The position numbers were made by a program, and so were the translations under genes. Below are positions 19,272 to 29,259 of a stretch of DNA of 36,295 nt, piece by piece. The DNA lies in NCBI GenBank assembly GCA_018826645.1, contig JAHJZF010000050.1, positions 1 through 36,295 of the forward strand, given 5' to 3'. Source of the DNA: Patescibacteria group bacterium (GTDB lineage Bacteria > Patescibacteriota > Minisyncoccia > UBA6257 > Colwellbacteraceae). Within the stretch, counting starts at the first letter, position 1. Every line of letters starts with the position of its first letter. The notes beneath the pieces were generated by a model, which did no database searches, had not been told where the DNA came from, and saw nothing but the letters and a program-made list of their open reading frames with translations.

Positions 19272-20981
19272 ATGATAAATATTCCAGACTCTAAATTAAA
19301 ACAAATACTTATAGCTGATGGCTTAATCAGTGAAGAATCGTTTAATTCTGTTGTAGAAGAGGCGGTGCGTCTTAGCAATACGGTTGCAGAGGTTCTGATA
19401 TCTAGAAATATTATTACTAATGATTACTTTCTTAATCTTGTTTCAAAACATCTTAATGTCCCTTTGGCCAAGTTAGAAGAGGAGAATATTAATACCAATG
19501 TTTTAAATCTTCTGCCTGAAGATATCGCTCGTCAGAAACATTCCGTGCCTTTTGCGCAGAACCAAGATGGCTCTGTATCCGTGGCCATGGAAGATCCAAG
19601 CAACCTTGTCGATATTGAGTTCCTGAACCGGTATTTAAAAACTCGCATTATTCCCTACCTTGCTTCTGCAGACGACCTCAATAAGGGATTCTCATTCTAT
19701 GGAAAAACTACGGTTCACGGTTTTAAGAAAATAATCGAAGACAACATCAAGCTTTCTCTTAAAAGCAGGACTAAGGGCGAAGAAGCAGTTCACGATGTTC
19801 CGATTGTGGCTATTGTAGATAATATCTTGTCTTATGCTATGTCTTTGCAGGCCTCGGATGTACACCTCGAAGTTTTTGATAATTTTATCATTGTTCGCTA
19901 TCGCATAGATGGCGTCTTGCATGAGATTTTGAGAATTCCAAAAGATGTTCATCCGGCCATTATCGCTAGGATAAAATTGTTGGGGGAATTAAAGATTGAT
20001 GAACACTCTAAACCGCAAGATGGTAGGTTTAGATACAAAATAGGTGGAGACGTAGTAGATATCAGGGTTTCAATAATGCCTACTTTCTATGGAGAGAAGG
20101 CGGTCATGAGGCTTTTGAGGTCTACTAATCGACCATTGTCCTTTAGGGAGCTTGGCATGCTTGATGATACGGCTAAAGTTCTTAACGAAAATATTAATAA
20201 AAGTTACGGCATGGTGTTGGTCACAGGACCAACCGGATCTGGTAAAACGACTACCTTGTATTCAGTGCTTAACCTCCTTAATAAGCCAGAGGTGAACATA
20301 GTGACTATTGAAGATCCAATCGAGTACGACATGAACTACATTAATCAAACGCAGATTAATCCTGCTGCGGGGGTGACATTTGCTGTCGGACTACGTTCAT
20401 TTTTAAGGCAAGACCCAAATATCATCATGGTAGGTGAGATTCGTGATCCAGAAACGGCAGAAATTGCTGTTCAATCTGCCCTTACTGGACATTTGGTTTT
20501 GTCGACTCTTCACACCAACGACGCCACTACGGCCGTACCGCGGTTGATAGATATGAAAGTACAGCCGTTTTTAACGTCAGCAGTTTTGAACGCAGTCTTG
20601 GCGCAAAGATTGGTTCGAAAAATTCATACAGATTGTGTCGAGTCGTATGAGCCAGATGAGGCGATGCTTTCTGCGATAAGGGCACAGCTTAAAGAGCTGG
20701 GCTTAAATCCAGATGAGATTGAATTACCCAAACATTTTTATAGGGGTAGGGGGTGTGCAGCCGATGGCCACACTGGTTACCAGGGTAGGATTGGTATTTT
20801 TGAGATACTAAATGTAAGCGACAGGATAAGAGCAAAGATTAGTCAGCCCCAATTTTCTCTAGAAGAGCTTAAAAAATCTGCTCGCGAGGAGGGGATGATT
20901 ACAATGTTTGAAGATGGTTTAAGAAAGGCGCAAATGGGGATGACAACCATAGAAGAAATAATGAGAGTAGTGAAAGAATAG
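19272..20981 (+). CDS. pilB: type IV pilus assembly ATPase (GspE/PilB family)
   Basis: N-terminal T2SSE_N-like domain, Walker A VTGPTGSGKTTTL, Asp box EDPIEY, Walker B/His box IIMVGEIRD...TGHLVLSTLHTND. Tetracysteine-like region (C...C..GC). I prefer the ATG at 19272 to the TTG at 19266. Confidence 0.95.
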   Translation: MINIPDSKLKQILIADGLISEESFNSVVEEAVRLSNTVAEVLISRNIITNDYFLNLVSKHLNVPLAKLEEENINTNVLNLLPEDIARQKHSVPFAQNQDGSVSVAMEDPSNLVDIEFLNRYLKTRIIPYLASADDLNKGFSFYGKTTVHGFKKIIEDNIKLSLKSRTKGEEAVHDVPIVAIVDNILSYAMSLQASDVHLEVFDNFIIVRYRIDGVLHEILRIPKDVHPAIIARIKLLGELKIDEHSKPQDGRFRYKIGGDVVDIRVSIMPTFYGEKAVMRLLRSTNRPLSFRELGMLDDTAKVLNENINKSYGMVLVTGPTGSGKTTTLYSVLNLLNKPEVNIVTIEDPIEYDMNYINQTQINPAAGVTFAVGLRSFLRQDPNIIMVGEIRDPETAEIAVQSALTGHLVLSTLHTNDATTAVPRLIDMKVQPFLTSAVLNAVLAQRLVRKIHTDCVESYEPDEAMLSAIRAQLKELGLNPDEIELPKHFYRGRGCAADGHTGYQGRIGIFEILNVSDRIRAKISQPQFSLEELKKSAREEGMITMFEDGLRKAQMGMTTIEEIMRVVKE

Positions 20982-22190
20982 ATGGCAAAATTTCATTACA
21001 TAGCCTCGAACATTCAAGGGAAGATGATTGAGGGAGATATTACTGCGGGTAGCGCCGCCTCCGTTTTGGGTTGGATGTCTGACCAAGGCTTAAGGCCGGT
21101 TTCTGTTAAAGAAACAGAAGTCGGCTCTTGGATGAAGAAGTCTTTTAAGGAGTCTATCAATATGGAGGACAAGGTTTTTATTACTAAATATCTTGCACTT
21201 ATGTTAAGAGTCGGGACAGACCTTTTTAAGGCCATAGATATTTTAGTAGCCGATTTTGATAAACAAGCAGTCAAATCACTTCTTTTGGAGATTAAAGATA
21301 CTTTGGGTAAGGGTCAGCCCCTTTATACGGCTTTTGCGAATCATCCTAATGAATTTTCTCCAGTTTTCGTAAGCCTTATACGGGCTGGAGAAGAGACTGG
21401 TAATTTGGAAGAAGCTTTTGGTCGTCTTAGTAAAGACATTGAAAAAGAAAAAGCATTAAAATCAAAAGTTAAGGCCGCTTTAATATATCCAGTTATTTTA
21501 GTTGGCCTTTCATTGACGATACTTTTTTTGATGGTTACATTCGCCCTTCCAAAGATTGCAGAGACATTCATTGGAGGCGACGCCGAGATACCCACCTTTT
21601 CTAGAATAGTTTTTTCGACAGGACTCTTTTTTAGGAACTATATACTAGTTATCTTACCTATTTTTGCGACGGCTACTTTTGGTATGTTTTATTTTTTTTC
21701 CAAAACAACTGGTGGCAAAAAGATTGGGGCTAGGATTATTGCTTCGACGCCCGTCATAAAAGGAGTCGTAAAAAAGATGGCCATCCAGAGGTTCGCAGGT
21801 ACATTAGCCTCTCTTTTAAAATCGGGCACACCAATCTTAGACGCCCTAGAGGTTACAGCAGATGCAGTTGGGTCGTCCGAGCTTGAGGCGGTATTAAGAC
21901 GGATTGCTAGGGAAGGAATAAAAAAGGGTTTAACAGTGGGAGAGGCGTTTCGTAAGGAGCCTTATTTCCCGAAAGTGGTTGCTAACTTAATAGGCGTTTC
22001 TGAACAGGCTGGTCATATGGAGGATGTGCTTGAAACACTTGCAGAGTTCTACGAAGGAGAAATAGATTCCTCAATCAAGACTTTGGTATCTTTTCTTGAA
22101 CCGATGTTGCTGTTAGTGATTGGTATAATAGTCGCTATTATCGCCCTGGCAATCATCGTTCCGGTCTATCAATTAGTTGGTCAAATTTAA
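20982..22190 (+). CDS. pilC: type IV pilus platform protein (GspF/PilC family)
   Basis: Duplicated T2SSF domains with three TM segments. 402 aa. Located immediately after pilB. Confidence 0.9.
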   Translation: MAKFHYIASNIQGKMIEGDITAGSAASVLGWMSDQGLRPVSVKETEVGSWMKKSFKESINMEDKVFITKYLALMLRVGTDLFKAIDILVADFDKQAVKSLLLEIKDTLGKGQPLYTAFANHPNEFSPVFVSLIRAGEETGNLEEAFGRLSKDIEKEKALKSKVKAALIYPVILVGLSLTILFLMVTFALPKIAETFIGGDAEIPTFSRIVFSTGLFFRNYILVILPIFATATFGMFYFFSKTTGGKKIGARIIASTPVIKGVVKKMAIQRFAGTLASLLKSGTPILDALEVTADAVGSSELEAVLRRIAREGIKKGLTVGEAFRKEPYFPKVVANLIGVSEQAGHMEDVLETLAEFYEGEIDSSIKTLVSFLEPMLLLVIGIIVAIIALAIIVPVYQLVGQI

Positions 22191-22193
22191 AAT

Positions 22194-22667
22194 ATGCGAG
22201 TTTCAAACGAAAAAAAAGGCTTCACATTAACAGAGCTTATAATTGTAATAGGGGTCATGGCTATCATAGGGTCGATAGGTATGCCAAATTATTTTTCGTT
22301 TCGGCAGAAGTCTATTATAGATGGAGAAGCGCAGAAATTAATGGCTTTAATGAGGGACGGCGTTGGTAGGGCAAAATCTCAAGAAGATGGGGTGGTGTGG
22401 GCTATTGAGATAAATAATGCGGACGCAGATTTTTATCAACTTAGAAGCGGTGGCGCAACGGGTACGCCGGTTGGGATTCATTATTTAAATTCAGTGGTTG
22501 AATTTTCGGGTGCAACCCCGAGCGTTGTTAAAACTTTATCTGGAGGTCCTAACGTTCAAATAACAGCTACAAACACTGTGGTTGGTTTAACCAGCCAAAA
22601 CGATAGGTTTACTGATACAATAACAATGGATACGTACGGGAGAGTAACAAGGGAAAGTAATTATTAG
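22194..22667 (+). CDS. minor pilin / pseudopilin (GspH/FimT-like)
   Basis: KKGFTLTELIIVIGVMAIIGSIG prepilin N-terminal methylation motif. 157 aa. Confidence 0.8.
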   Translation: MRVSNEKKGFTLTELIIVIGVMAIIGSIGMPNYFSFRQKSIIDGEAQKLMALMRDGVGRAKSQEDGVVWAIEINNADADFYQLRSGGATGTPVGIHYLNSVVEFSGATPSVVKTLSGGPNVQITATNTVVGLTSQNDRFTDTITMDTYGRVTRESNY

Positions 22668-22669
22668 GT

Positions 22670-23698
22670 ATGAATTCTAAAAATGGGGGACAGTCTCTTT
22701 TTGAAATAATTATAGCTGTCGGGGTGGCGGCCATTATTATCGGTTCTGCGACAATGGCAATGACGGTCTCTTTAAAGTCGAGCAAGAATAGCGCAGAATC
22801 TCAAAAAGCCTATGCCATTACTCAAAGTATTTTAGAAAATATACGCTCTTACGCCGAAGCAAATTGGGCAACTCTTTATGCGACTTCTACTCCTGGCCAA
22901 ACTTATTATTTAGCCGAAGACGTGATTACGGCGACATCTACTACGCTGTCTTTAAATACAGGGACGACAACTATCTTGTTGTTTGAGAATAGTGCTACTA
23001 CGACTTATACTGCTTGGTTTGTAATCGAGAATGTTTATAGAGATTCAAATAATAATCTTTCAACAAGCACTTCAGAACAGAAAGACCCCATTACACTTAA
23101 GGCGACCATTCATGTAAGTTGGCCTATTGGCGGTAGTACGAGAGAAATTGAATTGCCTCAGTATATATCGAGAATTAAGAGCGATACGTATCTATTTACA
23201 GATTGGGGTGGTAGCGCCCTTGGAACTATTACGTCTATAACAAATCCTTTGGGCGACGACTATTATTATGCTTCTTCCGTGATGGCTACGGGGGCGTCAG
23301 GGGGCTCTATTACACTTACCGATACTGAGAGCGAAGGTTATCTAGAATCGCTTACTTTTGATACTGGGAAAACGGATGGATTCGCTATTAATTCTATTAT
23401 GTGGAATGGGACACAAAATAGCGGAGCCGTTAGTTTTCAAATAGCAGTATTTAATGCACTAGATGCTGATATAACATTCCGAGGTCTTGGGGGGAGTACG
23501 ATTTTAAATTATCAGGCAAGCGAGGGCATACCAATTACAATTGATAGCGGAATTACAGCTGATGATAGTAGTAAAAGTCATAATTTTTTTAGACAATACT
23601 ATAGATATTTTAGATATAGAGTTTATATAAGCAGAGCTACCCCCGATGCAGACACAGCACCTGTTCTTGATAGCGTTGTTATTAATTGGTCTTATTAA
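22670..23698 (+). CDS. large pilin-like protein (prepilin-type N-terminus, 300-aa C-terminal domain)
   Basis: NGGQSLFEIIIAVGVAAIIIGSA resembles a class III signal peptide with Glu at +5. Pilus-cluster context. Confidence 0.6.
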   Translation: MNSKNGGQSLFEIIIAVGVAAIIIGSATMAMTVSLKSSKNSAESQKAYAITQSILENIRSYAEANWATLYATSTPGQTYYLAEDVITATSTTLSLNTGTTTILLFENSATTTYTAWFVIENVYRDSNNNLSTSTSEQKDPITLKATIHVSWPIGGSTREIELPQYISRIKSDTYLFTDWGGSALGTITSITNPLGDDYYYASSVMATGASGGSITLTDTESEGYLESLTFDTGKTDGFAINSIMWNGTQNSGAVSFQIAVFNALDADITFRGLGGSTILNYQASEGIPITIDSGITADDSSKSHNFFRQYYRYFRYRVYISRATPDADTAPVLDSVVINWSY

Positions 23699-23699
23699 A

Positions 23700-24185
23700 A
23701 TGGCATTTTGGATGAATCGAAAAGATTTTAATACAGGAGTTTCGGCCCTGCCCGTCGTCCTCATAATGTCCAGCATTATTTTGGAAGTTCTAGTTGCTGG
23801 TTTAGTTATTAGCGGTCTGTTAAGTAGTAACATGGCTAATGAGCAGGCTTCTTTGAAAGCGCTTGAGATTGCTAAAAGCGGTGCACATAACGCGATTACA
23901 CGTGTTATTCGTTATGTAGACTGTCCCCAATCAGTATATTGTCCCGCTACGTCTACGTTAGTTATTGGAGATGGAGAGGCGTGCATCAACATAGAGCAGA
24001 CAGTAAATAACAGAGAGGTTACAATCTATTCAAGGGGTACGGTTCAAAGAAGAGAGAAATATATTAAAATCGTACTAGGCATCTTCCCAGCTCGTGGAAC
24101 TGTTGATGTTCAAATACTTAAAGAGGTAGAGAGTCCAACTAATGACAACGACGAGACTACAAGTTTCACAGAGTGTTCGTCATAG
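23700..24185 (+). CDS. PilX-like minor pilus protein (N-terminal TM helix only)
   Basis: MAFWMNRKDFNTGVSALPVVLIMSSIILEVLVAGLVISG. The ATG at 23700 directly follows the previous stop. The ORF-track start at 23646 overlaps the upstream gene. Confidence 0.5.
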   Translation: MAFWMNRKDFNTGVSALPVVLIMSSIILEVLVAGLVISGLLSSNMANEQASLKALEIAKSGAHNAITRVIRYVDCPQSVYCPATSTLVIGDGEACINIEQTVNNREVTIYSRGTVQRREKYIKIVLGIFPARGTVDVQILKEVESPTNDNDETTSFTECSS

Positions 24186-24196
24186 GCATAAGATAA

Positions 24197-25693
24197 ATGA
24201 AAAAAAATATATCTAAAATCTTTTTTAAACTAACTCCGAAGATGGAGGTCGCAGGTCTTTGGATTACTGATGGTTGGCTGAGTTACTACAATTTTGGTCG
24301 TGGCGGAGAGGGTGGCCAAATTTCTTTAAGGTTACCACCGGGCGTTGTGAGTGGAGGGAAGGTTCAGAATCGGGCATCTCTGACGAAAATTTTGGCGGAA
24401 TTATACAAAAGAACAGCAATCGGTCCTTCCAAACATGAGCAAAGTGTTATTTTAACAATCCCGATAACGAATGTTTATATACAACCTTTTGTTTTGCCAG
24501 TTGTTACTTCTGACGATTTAGCAGAATCAGCCGAGTTGAACATGAAGATGATATCGCCCATCGATGTCGAGAAGGCCTATTATGATTGGCAAAAAATATC
24601 TGAAGAAAATGCAGACCAAACAGAAATGATCGGGGCTTTTGTAGCTAAAGATGTCGTGGATGAATTTATTGTATGTGTTCAAGACGCTGGCTATAGCGTG
24701 GCAGCGGTTGAGTTCAGCGCATTGAGTATAATCCGAGCTGCGCTAAGAGCTAACGTTATAGATAAAGAAAATCCATATTTGATATTAAGCATTACTCCAG
24801 AAGGTCTTAACTTTTCTATAAATCATCAAGGACACCTCTTCTTCCATCATTTTATGGCTTGGAACACTTTCCAGGATGGGGCCAAAGAGATATCGACTGA
24901 AAAGTTTAAGGAAGGGCTTACAGACGAGATTAGAAGAATAATCAATTTCTACTCTACTAATCGTAAGGGCCAAGAAGTAAAGAATATGGTTCTGATATCC
25001 TCGCACTATCTTAAAGAAATACAAGAAGTTGTTGCTGGTAATTTTCCTGGATTAGAGGTAAGAGTTGCCGACCCAAAACAAGTAAATCCTGCGATCGGGG
25101 CTGCCGTTAGAGGGCTTTCACCTCGTTCTGCAGACGCCGAGATTAGTTTGGCTAGTTTGAGTGCTCTTGAGGTTTTTCGAAAACGTCAGTTAGGTAACTT
25201 TATTCTTATATGGCGAAATATTTTGTTAGTAACATTAGGGGCTCTGCTCTTTATTTTCCTTTCGTCGGCATTGGTGCTTAAAAATATTTCGACTCAAGTG
25301 GTGGCCAACGATCCTTTTCAAAAAGGAGTTAAAGAGAATACAGAGCTTGTTTCTCTTAGTGAGCAGGCTCAAAAATTCAACGAGCTAACGTCGATTATTA
25401 AAATCCTGCTTGCCGAAAAATATGAATTTGGAACGTTGATAAGCGACTTGGATAAATCGTCGGGACTGTTTATAGAAATCGTCGGAATTAATCTGAACGG
25501 CATTCCGCCCAAAGTGAAAATAGAAGGAGTGGGTGGTAACAGAGATGTGGTTAAGAGTTTCCAGGGCCGACTATCAGAACAACCTCAATTTAAAAATGTT
25601 AGCCTACCCCTAACTGATTTACAGGAACAACCCAACGGAACAGTCGTCTTCGTTTTGGGCCTAGACGTTGAGAGGGTCGATTCTGGAGAATAA
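24197..25693 (+). CDS. PilM/PilN-like fused pilus assembly protein (cytoplasmic domain, one TM, extracytoplasmic domain)
   Basis: Position at the end of the pilus cluster. About 330-aa N-terminal domain, TM helix FILIWRNILLVTLGALLFIFLSSALVL, then 140-aa C-terminal domain. No unambiguous motif seen. Confidence 0.5.
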   Translation: MKKNISKIFFKLTPKMEVAGLWITDGWLSYYNFGRGGEGGQISLRLPPGVVSGGKVQNRASLTKILAELYKRTAIGPSKHEQSVILTIPITNVYIQPFVLPVVTSDDLAESAELNMKMISPIDVEKAYYDWQKISEENADQTEMIGAFVAKDVVDEFIVCVQDAGYSVAAVEFSALSIIRAALRANVIDKENPYLILSITPEGLNFSINHQGHLFFHHFMAWNTFQDGAKEISTEKFKEGLTDEIRRIINFYSTNRKGQEVKNMVLISSHYLKEIQEVVAGNFPGLEVRVADPKQVNPAIGAAVRGLSPRSADAEISLASLSALEVFRKRQLGNFILIWRNILLVTLGALLFIFLSSALVLKNISTQVVANDPFQKGVKENTELVSLSEQAQKFNELTSIIKILLAEKYEFGTLISDLDKSSGLFIEIVGINLNGIPPKVKIEGVGGNRDVVKSFQGRLSEQPQFKNVSLPLTDLQEQPNGTVVFVLGLDVERVDSGE

Positions 25694-26236
25694 TTCATTC
25701 AAGACTAATAGGTCTTCTTTGTTAATTTTTTTCAATACGAAATCTCCTGCTTTGCCTGGTCTCTTTCGAATTCCTATGCGTACGCGTGTGAAATTATTTG
25801 TCTTGAGGTGGCGGGCAATAGACTCCACGCCTTTGTGTCCTGCTGGCCCTCGATTAAAAGAAGTCTTATATTCTCCCAATTGAAGGTCGCTGTCGTCATG
25901 AATGATGACTGTTTCTTCTGGGAGCAGATTAAAGTGTTTTAAGATTTTAGAGACTGCGTTGCCAGAATTGTTCATAAAGCCCAAGGGTTTTACTATCATC
26001 AGGGAATTTAGCTTAAAGAAGTTAAATTCTTCTTTATATTTTTCAAATTGTTGATTGTTTCTATTAGCTAAGTAATCCGCATAGGCAAATCCAACATTAT
26101 GGTAAGTGTTCTTATATTTCTCACCCGTATTTCCAAGGGCTATCAGAACCTTTGTGGTAGCGGAAGTCGTTTTTGAGAGTCTTGCTTCTTGCGGTTTTAT
26201 TTTAAATAGAAAGGGTATCTTGAACATACGTCTCAA
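25661..26236 (-). CDS. pth: peptidyl-tRNA hydrolase
   Basis: LIALGNTGEKYKNTYHNVGF matches the GLGNPG..Y..TRHN.GF signature, and the later GHKGVES block is present. TTG at 26236 or ATG at 26227 as start, with an unusually long pre-core N-terminus either way. Confidence 0.85.
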   Translation of the reverse strand: MRRMFKIPFLFKIKPQEARLSKTTSATTKVLIALGNTGEKYKNTYHNVGFAYADYLANRNNQQFEKYKEEFNFFKLNSLMIVKPLGFMNNSGNAVSKILKHFNLLPEETVIIHDDSDLQLGEYKTSFNRGPAGHKGVESIARHLKTNNFTRVRIGIRKRPGKAGDFVLKKINKEDLLVLNELFSRIDPLNV

Positions 26237-26246
26237 TTTTATTAAA

Positions 26247-26786
26247 ATGCCTGCGATGAAGCAATTTTTTCTTTCACTTCTTGAGGTCTTCGAGGTATTA
26301 ATCGTTGCCCTTGTATCTATATACCTAGTCTATACTTTTATTGCTCAGCCTTTTCGGGTTGAAGGATCGAGCATGGAGCCAAATTTTTCAGGAGGAGATT
26401 ATCTTGTAGTTGACGAGATTAGTTATAGATTTAGAAATCCAGCTAGAGGAGAGGTAATTGTTTTGCATAATCCCGCCAAGAACACAGAATTTTTCATTAA
26501 GAGAATCGTTGGTTTGCCGGGTGAGGAGCTGATTATAAGGAATGGAGAAGTCTCTATAGACGGAAAACTTTTAAAGGAAGATTATTTGCCCCCTGATATT
26601 GGATTAAAGGGAGACTACTATTTTACTCTCGATGAAGGTGAATATTTTGTTATGGGCGACAATCGTTTGCAAAGTTTTGATTCTAGGAGTTGGGGTCCGC
26701 TAGGCAGAGGTGATATAGTGGGTACCGTACGAGTAAGGTTCTGGCCACTAGGGGGGCTTGAAACATATAGCCTTAAAACTAGTTAG
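26247..26786 (+). CDS. lepB: signal peptidase I
   Basis: TM helix, then catalytic Ser box GSSMEPNF, Lys box FIKRIVGLPGE, and GDNRLQSFDSRSWG. I prefer the ATG at 26247 over the ORF-track start at 26106, which overlaps pth. Confidence 0.9.
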   Translation: MPAMKQFFLSLLEVFEVLIVALVSIYLVYTFIAQPFRVEGSSMEPNFSGGDYLVVDEISYRFRNPARGEVIVLHNPAKNTEFFIKRIVGLPGEELIIRNGEVSIDGKLLKEDYLPPDIGLKGDYYFTLDEGEYFVMGDNRLQSFDSRSWGPLGRGDIVGTVRVRFWPLGGLETYSLKTS

Positions 26787-26787
26787 T

Positions 26788-28113
26788 ATGCCTTCAAATA
26801 AAATAAATAAGAAAAAAATAAAGAAATCTGGCCCTAAGGGAAAACAGATTTTATCACCCAAGGGTATGCACGATGTTTTACCCGAGGAAGCACAGGCGCG
26901 GGATAAGCTATATAAGGTGGCAAAAGACGTACTGGAATTTTATGGATTCGGCAAAATAGAGACTCCAATTGTTGAGAATGCAGAGCTTTTTTCAAGAACA
27001 GTAGGAGAAAGTACAGATATTGTGGAGAAAGAGATGTATGCAGTGCGTAGTAGGGGAAAAGAGCACCTTGTGATGCGCCCAGAGATGACTGCTTCGGTGG
27101 TTAGGAGCTATCTTGAACACGGGCTTCATCGTTTACCTCAACCACAGTTCCTATATTATATTGGACCCGCTTTTAGACACGAGAATCCTCAGGCTGGACG
27201 ATATCGTCAATTTTGGCAAATAGGAGCCGAAGTCCTTGGTGGCGAGAGCGATCCTATTTATGACGCTCAAATAATAATAGCTTTTTCAAGGTTACTCGGA
27301 GAGCTTAAACTTAAAAATTTAATAGTCGGTATTAACAGTATCGGGGGTACGGCGGATAGACAGAATTATAAGAAGAAGCTTTTGGAACATTACAGACTTC
27401 ACAATAAAGAGATTTGTAAGGATTGTATGCGAAGAATGAAAACTAACCCACTTCGCCTTTTAGATTGTAAAAGCAGGAGCTGTCAAAATATTATAGATGA
27501 AGCGCCTAGCGTTTTGGACCATCTCTCAAGTCCGTCTAAGGCTCATTTTAAGAGCGTCTTAGAATTTCTTGATGAGGCGGGTATTCCGTATGTTTTAAAG
27601 CCAAGGCTTGTTCGGGGGTTGGACTATTATAATAAGACAGTCTTTGAAATATTTACTGAAGATGACGAGAAGGGAGAGCTATCGTTGGTGGGTGGTGGCA
27701 GATATGATTATTTAGCAGAAATCTTAGGTAGGCGTTCTGTGGCCGGTGTGGGTGCAGCGATGGGCGTAGAGAGAGTCTTGGAAGCGGCGAAAGAGCGTGA
27801 CCCATCTTTTGGCACACCGCGCTCCAAAAAACGTGTTTATTTGATTCATATTGGAGATTTGGCTAAACGAAAGAGCATATCTTTGTTGGAAGAGTTTAGG
27901 GAAGCCCATCTTCCTATTATTGGTAATCTTGGGAAGACGTCTCTTTCTAATCAACTTGAGGCAGCTGACAAAGCTGGTGCTACCCTGGCTTTGATATTGG
28001 GACAGAAAGAGGTTTTTGAGGAGGATATTATCATTCGCGATATGAAGACTGGGGCGCAAGAGACTATCCCTCTAAAGAAGGCGGTTAAAGAAATCAAAAA
28101 GAGGCTTAAATAA
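26788..28113 (+). CDS. hisS: histidine--tRNA ligase
   Basis: Class II motifs: MRPEMT, FRHENPQAGRYRQFWQ, VGGGRYDYL, GVGAAMGVERV. C-terminal anticodon-binding domain. ATG at 26788. Confidence 0.9.
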   Translation: MPSNKINKKKIKKSGPKGKQILSPKGMHDVLPEEAQARDKLYKVAKDVLEFYGFGKIETPIVENAELFSRTVGESTDIVEKEMYAVRSRGKEHLVMRPEMTASVVRSYLEHGLHRLPQPQFLYYIGPAFRHENPQAGRYRQFWQIGAEVLGGESDPIYDAQIIIAFSRLLGELKLKNLIVGINSIGGTADRQNYKKKLLEHYRLHNKEICKDCMRRMKTNPLRLLDCKSRSCQNIIDEAPSVLDHLSSPSKAHFKSVLEFLDEAGIPYVLKPRLVRGLDYYNKTVFEIFTEDDEKGELSLVGGGRYDYLAEILGRRSVAGVGAAMGVERVLEAAKERDPSFGTPRSKKRVYLIHIGDLAKRKSISLLEEFREAHLPIIGNLGKTSLSNQLEAADKAGATLALILGQKEVFEEDIIIRDMKTGAQETIPLKKAVKEIKKRLK

Positions 28114-28526
28114 TGGATTGGTTGTTTTGCAAGATAGCTTCTGGAGAAGTGTCGGCGCATATTATATATGAAGACGACAAAACATCGGCCTTTTTAGATA
28201 TTGAGCCTTCGTCATTGGGGCACACGATGGTAGTGCCCAAAGAGCATTATCAAGATTTTATGGATTTACCCGTCGATAATATGGACAATCTATTTGGGTC
28301 GGTTCAAAAAGTGGTGGACATGCTCGGAAAAACCTTTGGAGCAGATCATTTTACAATCGGGGTAAATAGCGGTAAAATCCTCGGACGTCATGTGGATCAT
28401 CTCCACGTGCACGTAATTCCTCGTTTTTCGGACGATGGAGGGGTTTTTCTGCAGGGAGTGGTAAAGAGTCCCCCTAAAGAAAGCTTGGAAGAAATAAAAG
28501 ACAAAATTTTAAAGGCTAATGGCTAA
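28113..28526 (+). CDS. HIT-family (histidine triad) protein
   Basis: Histidine triad HLHVHVIPR. 137 aa. The start overlaps the hisS stop (TAATG). Confidence 0.9.
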   Translation: MDWLFCKIASGEVSAHIIYEDDKTSAFLDIEPSSLGHTMVVPKEHYQDFMDLPVDNMDNLFGSVQKVVDMLGKTFGADHFTIGVNSGKILGRHVDHLHVHVIPRFSDDGGVFLQGVVKSPPKESLEEIKDKILKANG

Positions 28527-28743
28527 TATCAATCTAAAAAAGAAAGACGGCGAATCAACAAACTCCTTAGTTTATCGTTTTGGTAAGAAGGTCATGAGGA
28601 GCGGTATATTGAGAGAAGCTAGAAAGAGGAGATTTAATCACCGTCCTGTTAATCGTAACAAAAGGCGCGTTTCGGCGCTTCATAAAGCCGAAAAGAAGAA
28701 AGAGATAGATAAGGCAAGGAGAATGGGGACATTTAAATTTTAA
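28519..28743 (+). CDS. rpsU: 30S ribosomal protein S21
   Basis: 74-aa highly basic protein with an S21-like core: SLVYRFGKKVMRSGILREARKRRFNHRP...KR. Confidence 0.75.
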   Translation: MANINLKKKDGESTNSLVYRFGKKVMRSGILREARKRRFNHRPVNRNKRRVSALHKAEKKKEIDKARRMGTFKF

Positions 28744-28761
28744 ATTATTTTAATATCATAA

Positions 28762-29259
28762 ATGGCTCTTCTAGAAGATCTTAAGAAAGATTCGGAGAAC
28801 GCCTTAAGGGCGGGCGATTCTTTAAGAACAGAAACTCTACGCATGATTTTGGCGTCAGTTCATAATGAACAGATAGCTAAAGGCAAAGACGAAGAATTTA
28901 AAGAAGAGGAAGTGGTTAATGTGATTCGCAAAGAAGCCAAGAAGAGGCGTGAGGCTGCAGAGATTTATGAGAATGCAGGCAGGGGTGAGTTAGCAGAGAA
29001 AGAGAATAATGAATTAGAAATTATTAAATCCTATCTCCCGCCCGAGATGAATGAAGAAGAAATAGTATTGATAATTAAAGAAGTGGTCGTAAATGGCGAA
29101 ACAAACTTCGGCAAAGTCATGGGCCAGGTAATGAATAAAGTTGCCGGACGAGCTGAACCGGGTAAAGTAAGCGAGTTAGTTAAGGGGGTCTTAGAGGAGG
29201 GTAAGGCTAAAGTCGTCGATGGCGACTCGCCCGACACTTCTGTGTCTAGGGACAACTGA
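28762..29259 (+). CDS. GatB/YqeY domain protein
   Basis: LKKDSENALRAGDSLRTETLRMILASV...EIYENAGRGELAEKENNELEIIKSYLP...GKVMGQVM is the typical YqeY pattern. Confidence 0.85.
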   Translation: MALLEDLKKDSENALRAGDSLRTETLRMILASVHNEQIAKGKDEEFKEEEVVNVIRKEAKKRREAAEIYENAGRGELAEKENNELEIIKSYLPPEMNEEEIVLIIKEVVVNGETNFGKVMGQVMNKVAGRAEPGKVSELVKGVLEEGKAKVVDGDSPDTSVSRDN

